Below are positions 47,207-62,114 of a DNA stretch of 64,000 nucleotides, in pieces (position 1 is the first letter of the stretch; every line of letters begins with the position of its first letter). Position numbers and translations under genes: made by a program. Below the pieces are notes generated by a model. It was not told the origin of the DNA. It did not search any database and was given only the letters and a program-made list of their open reading frames with translations. Source of the DNA: Octopus vulgaris (Eukaryota); assembly GCA_951406725.2 (NCBI GenBank), contig OX597839.1:12338001-12402000 (forward strand). The letters run 5' to 3'.

Positions 47207-49759
47207 CAACTTTAACATGAAATAACTTCTAAAATACGAAATTTTGTCAAAAATGTTGAAAGTGAACCGTGTTCAGCATGAGAAATGACACCAGTATACA
47301 AAGTTTCAAACTGTTTAGTTAAAAGAAGATAATTAAAAGATCTGTGAGTGAAACTGAACAGGTCTCCAATGTTACTACTGATCACTAAAATACTTCATGA
47401 GGACTGAACTTATACTGAAACACCACAGATATGTCAGTGAGGACAGACTTGATATTGATATAGAAAGGTAAATAAGAGTAATCCTGGAACTGAAATACCA
47501 CAGGTTGTAGAATGAGAATATACCCAATACTGTTATACAATGAAATATTGTGGTATGAGGATAGATCTAATACTGTCTCTGTTGCCCTGAGTAACTGATG
47601 AAATGACAATGGTCTTTGATATAGGAATAAGGCCTACAATTTTAAGAGGTGAGATGTGGTTAGTCAATACCACCAAGCCCAGTACTTTATTTTAACAATC
47701 ACAAAAGGATGAAAGGCAAAGTTTACCTCAATAGGATAACAACAAAAGCAATGATAGTAACCAGTATCCTAGTTATCATCATTGTTAATATTAGTATCAT
47801 TAAGATGGTGAGCTAGCTGAATTGTTAGCATGCTGGACTAAATGCTTAGAAGTATCTCATTTGTCTTTATGTTCTGAGTTCAAATGCCACTAGGGTTGAC
47901 TTTGCCTTTCATCCTTTCAGGGTCGATAAAATAAGTTCCAGTTAAGTACCTGGGGTCAATGTAATTGACTTACTCCCTCTGTTGAATTTGCTGGCCTTGT
48001 GCCAAAATTTGAAATCAATATTAGCATCATTGATAAAGTAGTGAGCTGACAGAAGAATTATGAAAAAATATAACATGGACAAATGAATAACAAATATAAA
48101 AGTGACCTAGGTAACTGTATCACAGAAATATGTGACAAAGAAGTACACGAGAGGGGAAAACATATGAAAGACATATATGACTCAGGTAAATACATTATAG
48201 AAATGTCACACACACACACACACACATTAATTGCTGATAGGGACACCGTATTTTTACAACCATAATAGAATAACTACCCAGCTAAAAAGAAAAATAGGTA
48301 TTGGGGGTCAGTTCATTTGACTAAACCCTTCTAAGTGGTGTCCCACCAGGTCACAGTCCAGTGACTGAAACAAGTAGAAGATAAAAAAATAAAAGATGTT
48401 TAAATTTGATCTTTTTTAATAAGGGTTTTTCATATTTATTTATTAGCTTGTTATGTTTGGTTTGGAACCATAACAGCAAGCTGGTGTTCTAAGATCTTCA
48501 CACACGCTCACTTTCAGACTATACTATGTAGACCAAGCCAAGCATTTTGCAGTAAGTCACAAAGGGTCTTGGGAATAATTATATAACTGATAAAATCCTC
48601 AATGCTGGATTTAAAATTATAAAACAAAAAACCAGGGAGATTTCATATCTTGCTATTTTCAAAATTTTCTATGTGTGATGCATCTGTGTGTTTAATTTAG
48701 GTTAGTACTTTGCTATCCAAAAAATTCCCAAAGTTATTCTTCATATTCTTTTATGGAAATCCATATAAAATTATATCGGCTTCAAATTTTGGTATGAGGC
48801 CAGCAAGTTTGGAGGAGGGGTTAAGTCAATTACATTGATCCCAGTGTTCAACTGGTACTTATTTTATCGACTTCAAAAGGATGAAAGGCAAAGTCGACCT
48901 CGGCAGAATTTGAAATTGAACCCAGATCATTCAGACAGACAAAAAGCCACTGAGCATTTTGTCTGATGTTGTAATGATTCTGCCAGCTCACTGCCTATAT
49001 AAGATTATAATACTGACAGTTTTATTTTGTGTACTGTATGATAAGTTGCAAAGTATCCTTTGTGTACATGAATGATTAGCCAATGAGAAACAGCTGTTCT
49101 TGTGATTCCAAAGGATCCTTGTTGTAATTGTATGGTCAACCAATGAGAAAAGATTATACTTGTGTGTCTGATGTAACAGTTTGAGTCTTCAAGTTTACAA
49201 GTTTCATGATTCAAATTTGTATTTAACAGTTATCTGAAGAATATTCCCTTAGTTTAAATGTGTGACTACACATTAATAAGAAAATATGAAATAAATCAAA
49301 ATTGGACACAGTCATGCCATATATCTGTCTGTCTATCTAACATTACATATATGTGTGTGTGCTGATACACACACACACACACACACACACATGTATATAC
49401 ATAAAATGATCTAAATCTACATATTTCTGGGAATAGCTTCTCTCCTTCAAAGCCCATAAATAATTTCTTATGTATTTTTATATTTTTGATGGTTATCTTT
49501 TCCAAGTACATAAATGCTTTCCTAAATAAACTGGCACTTCACTTTAGAAGTTTCAAGGAGCAGCTATATGGTAATGCTCAAGTACATAATTCTAAGTGTA
49601 CTGCTTTTTATAGCAGAAACAGCTGTAAGTTGATGAAATTAATTACATAATTCTTATTCATTTAATTTCATATTATGTTTTGTACTCAACTAATAAATTG
49701 TTCTGAAGCATATATATATATTGGTTTTTAACACCAGGTGTTAGAAGCAGCAAGAAATA

Positions 49760-50430
49760 TTTCTTCTGTTTATAGAAATGAAGCTTTAAGTGTCTGGACA
49801 TGCCAATTTTACTTGGGAAATTTCTCTCAGAGATTCCAGCTTCTGAAAGCTGTAGTTGAGGAAAATCTAAAGCAAACTGAATGAGAGGTAGCAAAACTGT
49901 TTAATTCAAGTTTGATCATAAAATACTTTTATGAATCAGGAAAAGGGCTGAAAATTGATCAGTAGGTCCCACACCATCTGACTGCTTACCAGTATAATCT
50001 GCACATCATTGAAGAGTAGACATGCTACTGAACATTTCCAGGGTAGACTTATCACAAGTGATGAAAAATAGGTTCTCTCTAATCATATCCAATGAAAACA
50101 ACAATGGTTAGCACCCAATGGAAAAGGAGAATTTATCTTCAAATCAGGATTTCACCCAGAAAAGTTATGCTCTGTGTGTCATGGGATATGAAAAGCTAAA
50201 CCGAAGTGAAACAATTAATGTGGAGAGGTAGTGACATTAATTGGAAGCATTGCACAAAAATATACAGAAAAACATCCATCATGGATCAATTGTAAAAGTA
50301 TGTTACTTTTGCAGGATAATGAAAGAGCACATACTGCCCAAGTCACTCAAGAAAAGATTATGGCACAAAATATTGGAAGTTTTACTTCATCCTCTTCACT
50401 CTCCTGACCTTACTCTTTCTTGTGAATACT
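49760..50430 (+). mobile_element. Highly decayed mariner transposase
   Basis: LKAVVEEN, ITSDEK, QQWLAP, DNERAH, EVLLHPLHSPDL motifs across frames. Confidence 0.7.
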
Positions 50431-50698
50431 AAGTGACCACACTAGTGCTGGTGCCACATGAAAAGCACCTGCTACACTCTGTAAAGTGGTTGGCATTAGG
50501 AAGGTATCCAGCTTGACAACCGATGCTGGTGTGTTTATGTACCGGTAACTTAGTGCTTCGGCAAAAGAGACCAATAAAATAAGTACTAGGCTTACAAAGA
50601 ATAAGTCCTGGAGTCGATTTGCTCGACTAAAGGCGGTGCTCCAGCATGGCCACTGTCAAATTACTGAAATAACTAAAAGAGTATATATAATATAAATA

Positions 50699-50747
<49 letters not shown>

Positions 50748-52527
50748 TATATAGACAGACAGATTGACATCGTATGGACACACACACATAAACACACTTG
50801 CAAACTCCATATATATGGATGCACACACATATATGAGGACACAGGCATACTCATTCATATGCCATATGTTGACACATGGTTACCTAAAATATGCCAAATC
50901 ATATATATCCAAATAATAAATACACACGCTTGCATTTAAACAAGAATACACACACATGCTTGTATATACTTGTAAACAAACCGATATAAATGATGACACT
51001 GACATCATTATTTACATAATGGCATAAACAGGACAGCCTGAAGCAAACTTCAGAAGTAAACTGTTAAATTTTGGTATAACAAATATATATGTCCATTGTA
51101 CACCAACATATTGATAATAATTGCACTACGTAAAATTATAAAATACATTTTAATATATTTTTAAATACTTTGAATATATCTGTGTATGTGTGTACGTGTG
51201 TGTGCGTGTGATTTACATGTATGCTTACATATAGGTGTGGCTGTGTGGTAAGAAGCTGCTTCCCAACCACATGATTCTGGGTTAAGTCCCACTGCATGAC
51301 ACCTTGGGCAAGTGTCTTCTACTATAGCTTCAGGCCAATCAAAGCCTTGTGAGTGGATTTGGTAGATGGAAAGAAGTCCGTCTTATGTGTGTGTGTGTGT
51401 GTGTGTGTGCATACTTGTGTGTGTCTGTGTTTGTCCTCCCACCCCACCATCGCTTGACAACCAATGCTGGTTTGTTTATATCCCCGTAACTTAGTGGATC
51501 GGCAAAAGAGACTGAAATAATAAGTGCTAGGCTTACAAAGAATAAGTCCTGGGGTTGATTTGTTTGACTAAAGGCAGTGCTCCAGCATGGCCACAGTCAA
51601 AATGACTGAGACAAGTGAAGGAGTAAAAGTAAAAGAATATACGTATATATATGCATGCATGTGTGTATTACATATATGTATATACACACAAATATATATC
51701 TGTGTACATATGTATGTACTTGTGAATGTATATGTATATATATATCTATACATATATATATACACATATACATACATACATGCATACACAACATACACAC
51801 ATACATATACATACATATCTATTTCTCTATCTATCTATCTATCTGTTTCTCTCTATATATACATACATATGTATATCTACAGACTGACAGACCCACAAAC
51901 AGACAGATAGATAGATAGATAGATAGATAGATGGATAGTTAAATGCGTAGTTAGAGATAGGTTGAATTGTATCATAACAACTAGAGAGAGAGAGAGAGAG
52001 AGAGAGAGTGAAAGAGAGAGAGAGAGATGCAGAGAAAGAGGGAGAGCTAGATAGCTAGTTAGATTGATATGAGAGATCATGTGGGAGGTTAAGCGGGATG
52101 CTGGATGCTCTAGGTAACCTAATATCGTTCATCCCTCCACCAGAATCAGAACTATGCAAAAAACAGCACCAATTTTGGTATCTATGAGTATGTATGTGTG
52201 TATGTGTGTGTGGCAGTGAGAGTGAGAGGAAAGAAAGAACAGAGGAGAGAGAGAAACAGAGTGATTGAGAAGACAGCGAGAGAGAGAGAGAAAAACACAG
52301 AAAAGGTGAAGAGAAAGAAGAGAAAAGACAAGAGAGAAAGAGAGAGAGAAAGAAAGTGATGGGGTGACTGAGAGAAAGTGAGAGAGAAAAAAACAGAAAG
52401 GGTGAAGAGAAAGAGAGAGAGAGAGGCTGACAGCCAAACAGACAGATAGACAGAGATGCTGATTAAAAACCCATAGCTAGGTTCCGGAACATTCCTTTGG
52501 GTGTATGTTTTTGTGTGTGCATGCATA

Positions 52528-52558
<31 letters not shown>

Positions 52559-53450
52559 AAGAGAGACAGACAGATAGACAGAAAGAGATTTATAGATTGT
52601 TTGCTTATATATGTAACAAGAAAATAAGTGAATCTTTATACATACAAACATACACACACACACATATACACATACACACACAGTTACATGGAGAGAGAGA
52701 CACACAGACAGAGAGAAAGGGAGTAAGAGAGATTGTATGTCTGTGTGTATGAGAGTGTATATGTGTATGCATGAGAGAGATAGATAGAGAGAGAGAGAGT
52801 AATTTTTAAGTTATTTAATCTCAGTTCAATCCCAATCAAGCAGACCAATGACCAAAGGTATTCCAACAGTGGCCATCATGTTTTTAATGAGTACAAGGAA
52901 CCAAGGGTCCACTTAGTCAACATTTTCTTCTTTAAGGTGGTAAGTTATGGACTGAGGGTGATTTGGCTGCTATCTTTAGTATGTAGGATGGTTATTTGGT
53001 GGCTCTCAATTGTTTGGGGTATTTGTATGTGGTCTTTCCTTGTTTCCATGTGTATGTGTATGTAGAAAGAAGAAGAAGAGAGAGAGAGAGAGAGGGGGTA
53101 AGATATTGTCTGTGTGTTTGTGTATATATATGCATGTGTATATACATGTGTGTGCATAGAGAAAGAAATTGTATAAGAGATTGTGTGTATGAGTGCATGC
53201 ATGCGTATACATATGTGTGTATGTATATGTAGAGAGAGACGGAGAGAGAGAGAGTTAAGTGATTGCTTTTATGTGTGCATACATGTATGTGTATGTATTT
53301 TGGTATGTTTAAGTATCTATGCATGTGTCTGCATGATATGTATGCATATTTGCATGGCTGGGTATGCATGTGTGTTTGTATACACATGTGCGCGCGTGTG
53401 TGTGTTTGTGTGTGTGCGTGCGTGTGCGTGTGTGTGTGTGTGTTTGTGTT

Positions 53451-53485
<35 letters not shown>

Positions 53486-54143
53486 AAATCTCTTCAGTGT
53501 ATAAACTTGTTAAGATTTCAGTCCAGATTTGGCATCAGTTAAAAACCCAGGAACTGTATGTGTTGGGGGTGGTTGGCTGGGATGAATTGGTGTGTGGTGT
53601 GGTGTGGTTTGTAACAACAAGGATAGGCTCCCCTCAACCTCCCTCCTCTTCTCACTGCCAATTGACTCCGCCTCCTCCCCAGGGGCACACCATCCACCAA
53701 CCCAGTGTAAGTGCTAGAGGAGATAGACTTGAAATACTTCAAGTGATATGTCAGGGGGTGGTAGTGGTGGTGGGGGTTCACAAAGAGAGGGAGGAAAGGG
53801 GCTTTTTCATCATGAAGGTATTTACTAAGGATAACAAAATAAAAAATAAAAATCACTGTTCATCTTCATTATCATTATTTGTAATGTTCCCCTCATTGTA
53901 TGCCCCTGAGGCAAATAAAAGAAATCAATATTCCTGTTCATATTTTGAATTTCTGCATTTCTGCATTTTTTGTTTTTTCCATTTTCCATTTTGAACCTGA
54001 GAAAGATGGACAATCTGTTGAAATATTGTTCAATTTGTTCAGTTCAATAAACTGAGTTGATTTCTATTACAAATCACATTGCACTCTTCTCATTATATTG
54101 TTTATTTATCTTTGTGAAGCGTTACAACAATCTTCATAAATTA

Positions 54144-54184
<41 letters not shown>

Positions 54185-54196
54185 ATTATTATTATT

Positions 54197-54748
54197 ATTG
54201 TGTGAAGAGCAGTGCATGCCATCAAAGTGACACTGGGGTACAATTATACGAAGCCCAATATACCCGTCATGACTACACGTCTGATAAGGGTACACCAAGC
54301 ACATGCATCACAACCATATGTGCATGACATGGTAATCTCATATCCAGATAAACTGTGCATGACCTTGCAGGTGGGGCCCAGTTAGAAGTTTCTTCAGGTC
54401 AAGTAGCCTATCCTGCTCAAAAAGTCCCTGAATAAGGGTTGTTTAAGGATGTTGAACGACACACCCATGTTTCCAGAGGTGAATTATCCAAACTCCAAAG
54501 AATTCCTCTCAGCACATGGCTATGATGCTTCCCCACTACTTCTGCTCGTGATCAGAGATGCTCATATCAGCCACTAAGGGACGTGCTCAACTGGTTTGGG
54601 TCAAACAACTGACAAGCAAATCTGTGGTACTGAGCAGAATATTTGCTGTAGCCCATCTTTTATACCAAGACAAAACAATGTACATTATAACACTTCAGTT
54701 AAGATCAGAAGACATGAGAGCCACTGCCCAGTACTGCACCAGGGCAAA
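54197..54748 (-). mobile_element. Second copy of the (TAA)n-targeting retroelement segment
   Basis: Homologous to 6650-7162; flanked by (TTA)n. Confidence 0.55.
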
Positions 54749-54987
54749 TATTATTATTATTATTATTATTATTATGACAAACTGGCAGAAATGTTAGCAT
54801 GTTGGACAAAATGCTTAATAGCATTTCATTTGTCTTAACATTCTGAGTTCAGATTCTGCCGAGGTTGGGTTTGCCTTTCCTCCTCTCAGGATCAATGAAA
54901 TAAGTACCAGTTACATACTGGCGTCAATGTAAACGAGTAGCATAGCCCTCCCCACAAAATTTCAGGTCTTATACTTATAATAGAAAG

Positions 54988-55188
<201 letters not shown>

Positions 55189-56312
55189 GGGCAAAGGATT
55201 GGCAAAGTCTTTAGAATGTTGGATGAAATGCCTTGAAGTATCTACTCAAGTTCAAATTCCACCAAATTCAACTTTGTTTCTCATTCCTCTGGGGTTGATA
55301 TTGAAGCAAATATCATTGATTAATACCTTTCCCTCAAAACTGCTGAATTTGTACAAACATCAGAAAACATTAAAAGTGGTGAACTAGCAGAATCAGTAGA
55401 GTCGCAGACAAAATGCTTCGTGGTATTAGTTCAGGACATGCATACATACAAAAAAAAACAAAAAAAAAAGAGAAGCAAACAAGAACAACTACTTGAAAAC
55501 TCCCATCTTCTATATCCAGATTATAAATTCACATTTTCTTTTATTCTTTTACTTGTTTCAGTCATTTGATTGCAGCCATGCTGGAGCACTACCTTAAAAG
55601 GTTTTAGTCAAAGAAATCGAACCTAGGACTTATTCTTTGTAAGCCTTGTACTTATTCTATCAGTCTCTTTTGCCGAACTGCTACACTACGGGGACATAAA
55701 CACACCCACATCAGTTGTCAAGTGATGGTAGGGGGACAAACATAGACACAAAGAAACATGTAAATATAAATATATACACACACACATATATATATATATA
55801 TAAATATATACGAGCAAAAGGCCCCCCCCCCTGTCCAATGGAGGGTGCTGAGTTGTCAAATATTTAAACCGAATTTTCTGAAAACAACTTGTCCGACCAT
55901 CCCATAGGCCTCCCCTTTGAGAAACACTGATTTAACCTAAATTTGAGACAGCAGCAAAAGAGGAAATAAAGATAGACTCTTTTTCTATTCCAAAGAATGC
56001 TTTATCGATCATATTCTCACCTGGAATCGATTTTTGTAATTTTTTCAAGACTTATACATGCCCTGATACCATTGGTATCTACATATCAAATTTGAGTGCA
56101 ATTGGATGGAGGATGCCCGAGATCCTAGAAGACACACACACAGGCAGACAGAACGGATTTTATATATATATATGACAGGCTTCTTTCAGTTTGCCTCTAC
56201 TGAATCCACTCACAAGGCCATGCAGTAGGACTGAACCCAGAACCATGTGGTTGGGAAGCAAGCTTCTTACCACACAGCTGTGCCTGTGCCTTAAAAAAAG
56301 CTTACAATTCCT

Positions 56313-56384
56313 TAGCAGAGCATGGTTTCGATCTATGGACCTCTGGGTTATGAGCCCAGCATGCTTTCACTGTACCACTCTGCT
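56313..56384 (-). pseudogene. Initiator tRNA-Met(CAT) gene, probably pseudogenised
   Basis: AGCAGAGTGGTACAGTGAAAGCATGCTGGGCTCATAACCCAGAGGTCCATAGATCGAAACCATGCTCTGCTA, 72 nt; A1-U72, three G-C anticodon-stem pairs and ATCGAAA T loop mark initiator identity; D arm, A box and T stem mutated; T7 terminator at 56299-56293. Confidence 0.85.
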
Positions 56385-57543
56385 TAACCAATAATAATTG
56401 ATGCACTTGGTTTTGTGAGTAAATGCCTATGTGACAATCTGGATAAGTTGAGGTTTTCAGAAAAAGAAATCAACCAGCTAATTTGCACATGACAAATGCA
56501 ATCAGTAAGTGCAACAGTAAAAATATACAAGACATTTCTAAAATTTAAAATGTGAGTTTGTCATTGTTATCTTTATTCTAGTGATGGCACTTTATAATTT
56601 TGTTAGAAACCAGCTCCTTCCTTGCAGGAAGATTTCAAAGAATTAGAAATAGAAGAGAACATACTTGCATATAGACATACATACATACATACATACATAC
56701 ATACATACATACATACATACATACATACATACATACATACATACATAAATGCATGTATAGATATATGGATACATACATATATACCTGCAAACATACATAA
56801 ATGCATGCATCCGTGCATAGATACACATATATATATGTATAAACAAAAAAGCATGCATGCATATGAATATATATACACACATACATACATAACTACAACA
56901 TACTACATATACATATATGCACACAAAGATGCATGCAGACATACATACATGGATATATATATACATACATAGACACACACATACATACATGCACACATAA
57001 ATGCATGTATAGATATATGGATACATATATACATGCATACATACATATATGCATGCATACATACATAGATACAAAGTACATACATGCATAGAAACACATG
57101 CACACACACACATATATGTATAAACAAAAAAGCATGCATGCATATATATATATATATATATATACACGTACATACATGCATACATAACGCCCCCCCACAC
57201 ACATACATGCATACATACATACCTACATACATACATACATACATACATATGGGCTGGGTTTTGCTTTCCACATATTTTTTTTTTAGCTGATGAGTGAGTT
57301 AGTGTTAAAGGTGTAAAGTCAGTGTTAGTTTGTAAAATCTTGCTTGTTGCCAGGTAACAGAACACACTAATGTGGGTATGTAAGTGGATGGGTATGCGGG
57401 CTTATAGGATATAGGGTGTGGATGTAAGTAAAACTATGTGGGGATGGGGAAGAATATTCTGTGTATATTACATATTTGCATGTATGTATATACACATATG
57501 TATTTACATACATACCTATCTGCGACTACACACACATAAATGT

Positions 57544-57587
<44 letters not shown>

Positions 57588-57666
57588 TACATACATGCAT
57601 ATATGGGTACAGGACATCAACAATAGGGGAAATAACATGAAATACACACACACACATAAATGTGTG

Positions 57667-57697
<31 letters not shown>

Positions 57698-58682
57698 CAT
57701 ATATACATACATGCATATCGAGACCGCCCGGGACTTATTCTTTTGTAAGCCCAGTACCTATTCTATCGGTCTCTTTTGCCGAACCGCTAAGTAACGGGGA
57801 CATAAACACACCAGCATCGGTTGTCAAGCAATGCTAGGGGGACAAACACAGACACACAGACACACACACGCATATATATATATATACATATATGCGACAG
57901 GCTTCTTTCAGTTTCCGTCTACCAAATCCACTCACAAGGCTTTGGTCGGCCCGAGGCTATAGTAGAAGACACTTGCCCAAGTGTATATATATACATACAT
58001 ATATACATACATGCATATACGGGTACAGGACATCACCAATGGGGCAAATAACATGAAATATGTAAACAAATGTGTTAAACATGTAAACAATGAGAAAAAT
58101 GGAAAACAGGTCAAGTAAGCACAGAGAGAGGACCCTTCATCAGTTGTCGGCTGTCTATCAACTCCTTCTTTCGAGCATCCAATGACATTATGAGTCTTGG
58201 AAGACAGTTACTCTCATAAGTACCTAAATAAAATTTAGGATTTATGGAGGGTCAAAGTTGGGAACAAAAACATGACAGTGGAGACATACATGGAAACCAA
58301 AGGAAAACAAACATGGAGGGTCGTTAGACCAGAAAGAGAGGAAAATAATGAACACTGTATATATATATCATCATCATCATCGTTTAACCTCCATTCTCCA
58401 TGCTAGCATGGGTTGGACAGTTCGACTGGGATCTGGGATCTGCAGAAGGCTGCACCAGTCTCCAGTCTGATCTAGCAGTGTTTCTACAGCTGGATGCTCT
58501 TCCTAACGCCAAGCACTCCGTGAGTGTAGTGGGTGCTTTTTACGTGCCACCAGCACAGGTATATATATATATATATATATCTAGTTAATCCAAACATGAA
58601 CAAAGAGAAAACACAACAACACGAGGGCGTGGAACAAGTATAGTGTTATTGGACGCTCAGGAAAGGAAAGAAAGAAGGAGGA

Positions 58683-58715
58683 TTTAATGTTTCGAGCAGA
58701 GCTCTTTGTCAGAAA
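58683..58715 (-). other. Decayed minimal hammerhead motif in a Penelope-related repeat
   Basis: TTT-CTGACAA (CTGACGA mutated)-AGAGCTCTGCTC-GAAA-CATT-AAA; host repeat 58584-58715 also seen at 31655-31730. Confidence 0.5.
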
Positions 58716-59562
58716 TATATATATATATATATCCCATATGTGTAGGTGTGAGTATCTATTTGTGTCTGTATTTGTCCCCCACCATCACTCGACAACCAGT
58801 GTTGGTATGTTTATGTCCCTGAAATATAGTTTGGCATAATAAGGCAGATGGAATAAGTACCAGGCTTCAAAAATAAGCACTAGAGGCGATTTGTTTGACT
58901 AAAATTTTTCTAGGTAGTGCCCCAGCATGGCTGCAGTCTAATGACTAATAAGAGTAAAAGACAAAATATATCATCACCATCATCATCATCATCATTATCA
59001 TCTAACATCTATGTTCCATTCTGGCAAGGGCTGGATGGTTTGACAGGATCCAGTGAGTCCAAGGACTGCATCAAATTCCAGTGTCTGCTTTGGCATGGTT
59101 TTTTTTTAAGGGCTGGATGCCCTTCCTAATGTCAACCACTTTTTTGTGTCACCTGCACTATTGAAGTCACTATGCAGCACACAGGACGACAAACCCAGTG
59201 GGAGGTCGGGGAGTTGGCTTCTTGCTGGGGGATGAGGGGATTGAACTATGAGAGGTGGTAGTATCAGAGCAGGTTCTTATAGAGGGTTTGCATAGCTGCT
59301 CAGTTCTAGCAGGGGGAAGAAGAGAGAGTAAGAAAATGACAGTAGGAGCTGCAAGAGATAGCTAAGGGCAATGAGGTGCTTAAGTATCCTAACAAAGCAC
59401 AAGGAGAGTAGAAGTGGATGGGTGTTTGCAAGATTGAATAGGAAGATGATGCAGAAGACTGTTAAAATGAGTGGGGTTGAAGGATGGACAAACAAAGAAC
59501 CATGAGTTGGGGAAGATAGAAAAATGCAGAAGAGTGTGGAGGGTGTGGCAGCAATAATAATA

Positions 59563-59600
<38 letters not shown>

Positions 59601-60657
59601 ACACACATATATATATATATATATATACATACAGACACATATACATGCATACATACAAACATACTTACATATATACATGCATACAGAAAGAGATGACATG
59701 GTTGGGTAGTCTACAGGAACCGAGGAAGGCTGGCATAATGTTTGGAAGTGGGGAAGAAGCAGGCAGGTCTTTTTGAGAGCTGCATATTGCCAGAGATTCT
59801 AGTCTCCTGTCATCTCCTACATCATCAGTTTAACGTGCACTTTTCCACACTTGCGTGAATCAGATGGGATTCACCATCATCATCATTTTACACCTGTTTA
59901 CTGTAGTGTCATTTGGCTGGATGGACTGTCATGGTCCAATTCTTATATAGAGTTACTGTCCCCCCACCCCTACACAAATCAAAAGATCACATTCACTTGT
60001 ACCTTTTGCTTTTGGCTTGGTTTCTATGGCCAGATACTCTTTTCACTAACCACTCCACAGACTACAGTGAATGCATTTTATCATAGTACCAGCACTAAAG
60101 AGGTTGTCATGTCTTTAATAATGGTTTCAAACTTTTAGCACAAGGCCAGTGATTTCAGAGAGGGGTTAAGTTGATTACATCAATCCCCAATACTCAACTG
60201 GTACTTACTATATTGACCTCAAAAGGATGAAAGGCAAAGTCAACCTTGGTGGAATTTGAACTCAGAATGTAAAGATAGATAAAATGCTGCTAAGCATTTT
60301 TCCCAGTGTGCTACTGATTCTGCCAGTTTCCTGCCTTAGGTGATGTCCTTAGTAATACTGAAGAACTCTCTCAAACTTACATTGTCTTTCCTCAATTGGC
60401 TAGATGCATTTTATTGTGGAACCAGCATCAATGAGGCTGTCATCTGTTATTTAAAGCTAGAGTGTCCTCATCATTCTATATGTATGTACATACAAGGTAA
60501 CATGTCAAAAAAGGTGATTGGTAGAAATGACAGAAGAAGAATCAGGAAGGATGGTTGAGGATTGCAAGAGTATGTGGGGGAAGACAGTGAAGGAATGTAA
60601 TAAAGGTGGAGGTGTTCAATGGTAAGAGGGAATGTTGGATGTCAGTAGAAATTGTCT

Positions 60658-60702
<45 letters not shown>

Positions 60703-61092
60703 CAGACAGAGAGAGAAACAGAGATAGAGAGTGATAACTAGGTGATACTATGTATTATTAGGTACTACCTATATATGTTACAATACAGCAAATGGAACAG
60801 TGGACAGTTGCTATCTGAAAGTTGCATGGAGGAATATCTTCTTATGAAATTATTGCTTCAAGTATACAGAACGTCTGCAAATTCTAATTCTGTCATAGAT
60901 TCCTAAATAATAAAGATAGATTGGAGATTGAGATATTTTTATTTCATTGTTGACAACTGTTTCAACAATTCAACAATGTGATATGTTAATGGTAATCTTG
61001 GTAATCTTGTGATATGTTTATAAATATGTCTGTTATGAAGGATCAGTCTTATATGTTATATGTTATATATTTCATGAAAACTCTTAAATATA

Positions 61093-61874
61093 CAGGGTGC
61101 AAGGGGTAAATTGTCGCCATTTTATATTCTTAATTTTGTGCATGTGCATTGTTTGTTTTTGATTTTGTCAACTACACAGTATAGTAGGGTCAGTTGGGCA
61201 CCGTCTGAGAGAAAACAGCACCATGACACAATTCACTCTGTCTGAAATTCAGAAACAACATGCTTTACTACTTGGCATTCTTGCCGTAAACTCTAATATG
61301 GACATTTCAGAGTGTTTGGGTGTCAATCTGAGGCCATGTATTGAGAGTGATAAAAATCAAACATCCAGTCAACATCATAGTGTTTGGAGTGATCACTAGT
61401 GATGGTGACATTATGCCTCCATTCATCTTCCTATGCAGTCTCATACTCAACATGGAGGCCTACATCAAGTGCCTTGAGGAGGTACTGTTGCCCTGGGTCA
61501 TGAGGGTGGCTGCTTAAAGATCCTATATCTGGCAACAGGACACTGCACCATGCCACACAAGCAGGAGAACTTAGTCATGGCTGTCAGACAATTTCTGCAA
61601 TCGCCCCTAACATCTAGCCACCTAACTCCCCAGACAAATAGACAAATATAACAAACTAATTTGATAAAAAATGTGAATTTTTAATTATTTTCTGAGATTT
61701 TACAAAAACAAAAAAAAAAAAACACCCCCTGATTATTATGTGTGGGGTGCAGTTGAACGAGAGACCACCAAATCTCCTTATAACACCAAACATGAACTGA
61801 AAGCAAGGATTAGGTTTAGGGTTAAGGTTATTTTCATTTTTGCATAATTTAGACAATATATTCACTGCACCCTG
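61093..61874 (+). mobile_element. Tc1/mariner (DD37D/maT-like) deleted element
   Basis: TIR CAGGGTGCA / TGCACCCTG; KHPVNIIVFGVITSDGDIMPPFIF...IWQQDTAPCHTSRRT...PPNSPD. Confidence 0.8.
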
Positions 61875-62060
61875 TTTATATATTATACTATTATACAGGC
61901 ATAGGTGTGGCTGTGTGGTAAGAAGTTTGGTTTGAAACTACATGGTCTAAGGTTCAGTTTCACTGCTTGGTACTTTATGCAAGTGCTTTCTATTATAGCC
62001 CTGGGCCAACCAAAGCCTTGTGAAGAGATTTGGTAACCAGAGACTGAAAGAAGCTCAACA

Positions 62061-62114
<54 letters not shown>

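Noticed and set aside
52119-52151. 33-nt internal exon SDSGGGMNDIR
   Set aside because: Open in that reading only in phase 2 with a poor donor (GTTACC); incompatible with the phase-1 start of the 45770 exon.
58110-58150. Minus-strand CTGATGA hammerhead core
   Set aside because: No GAAA box after the putative stem II.
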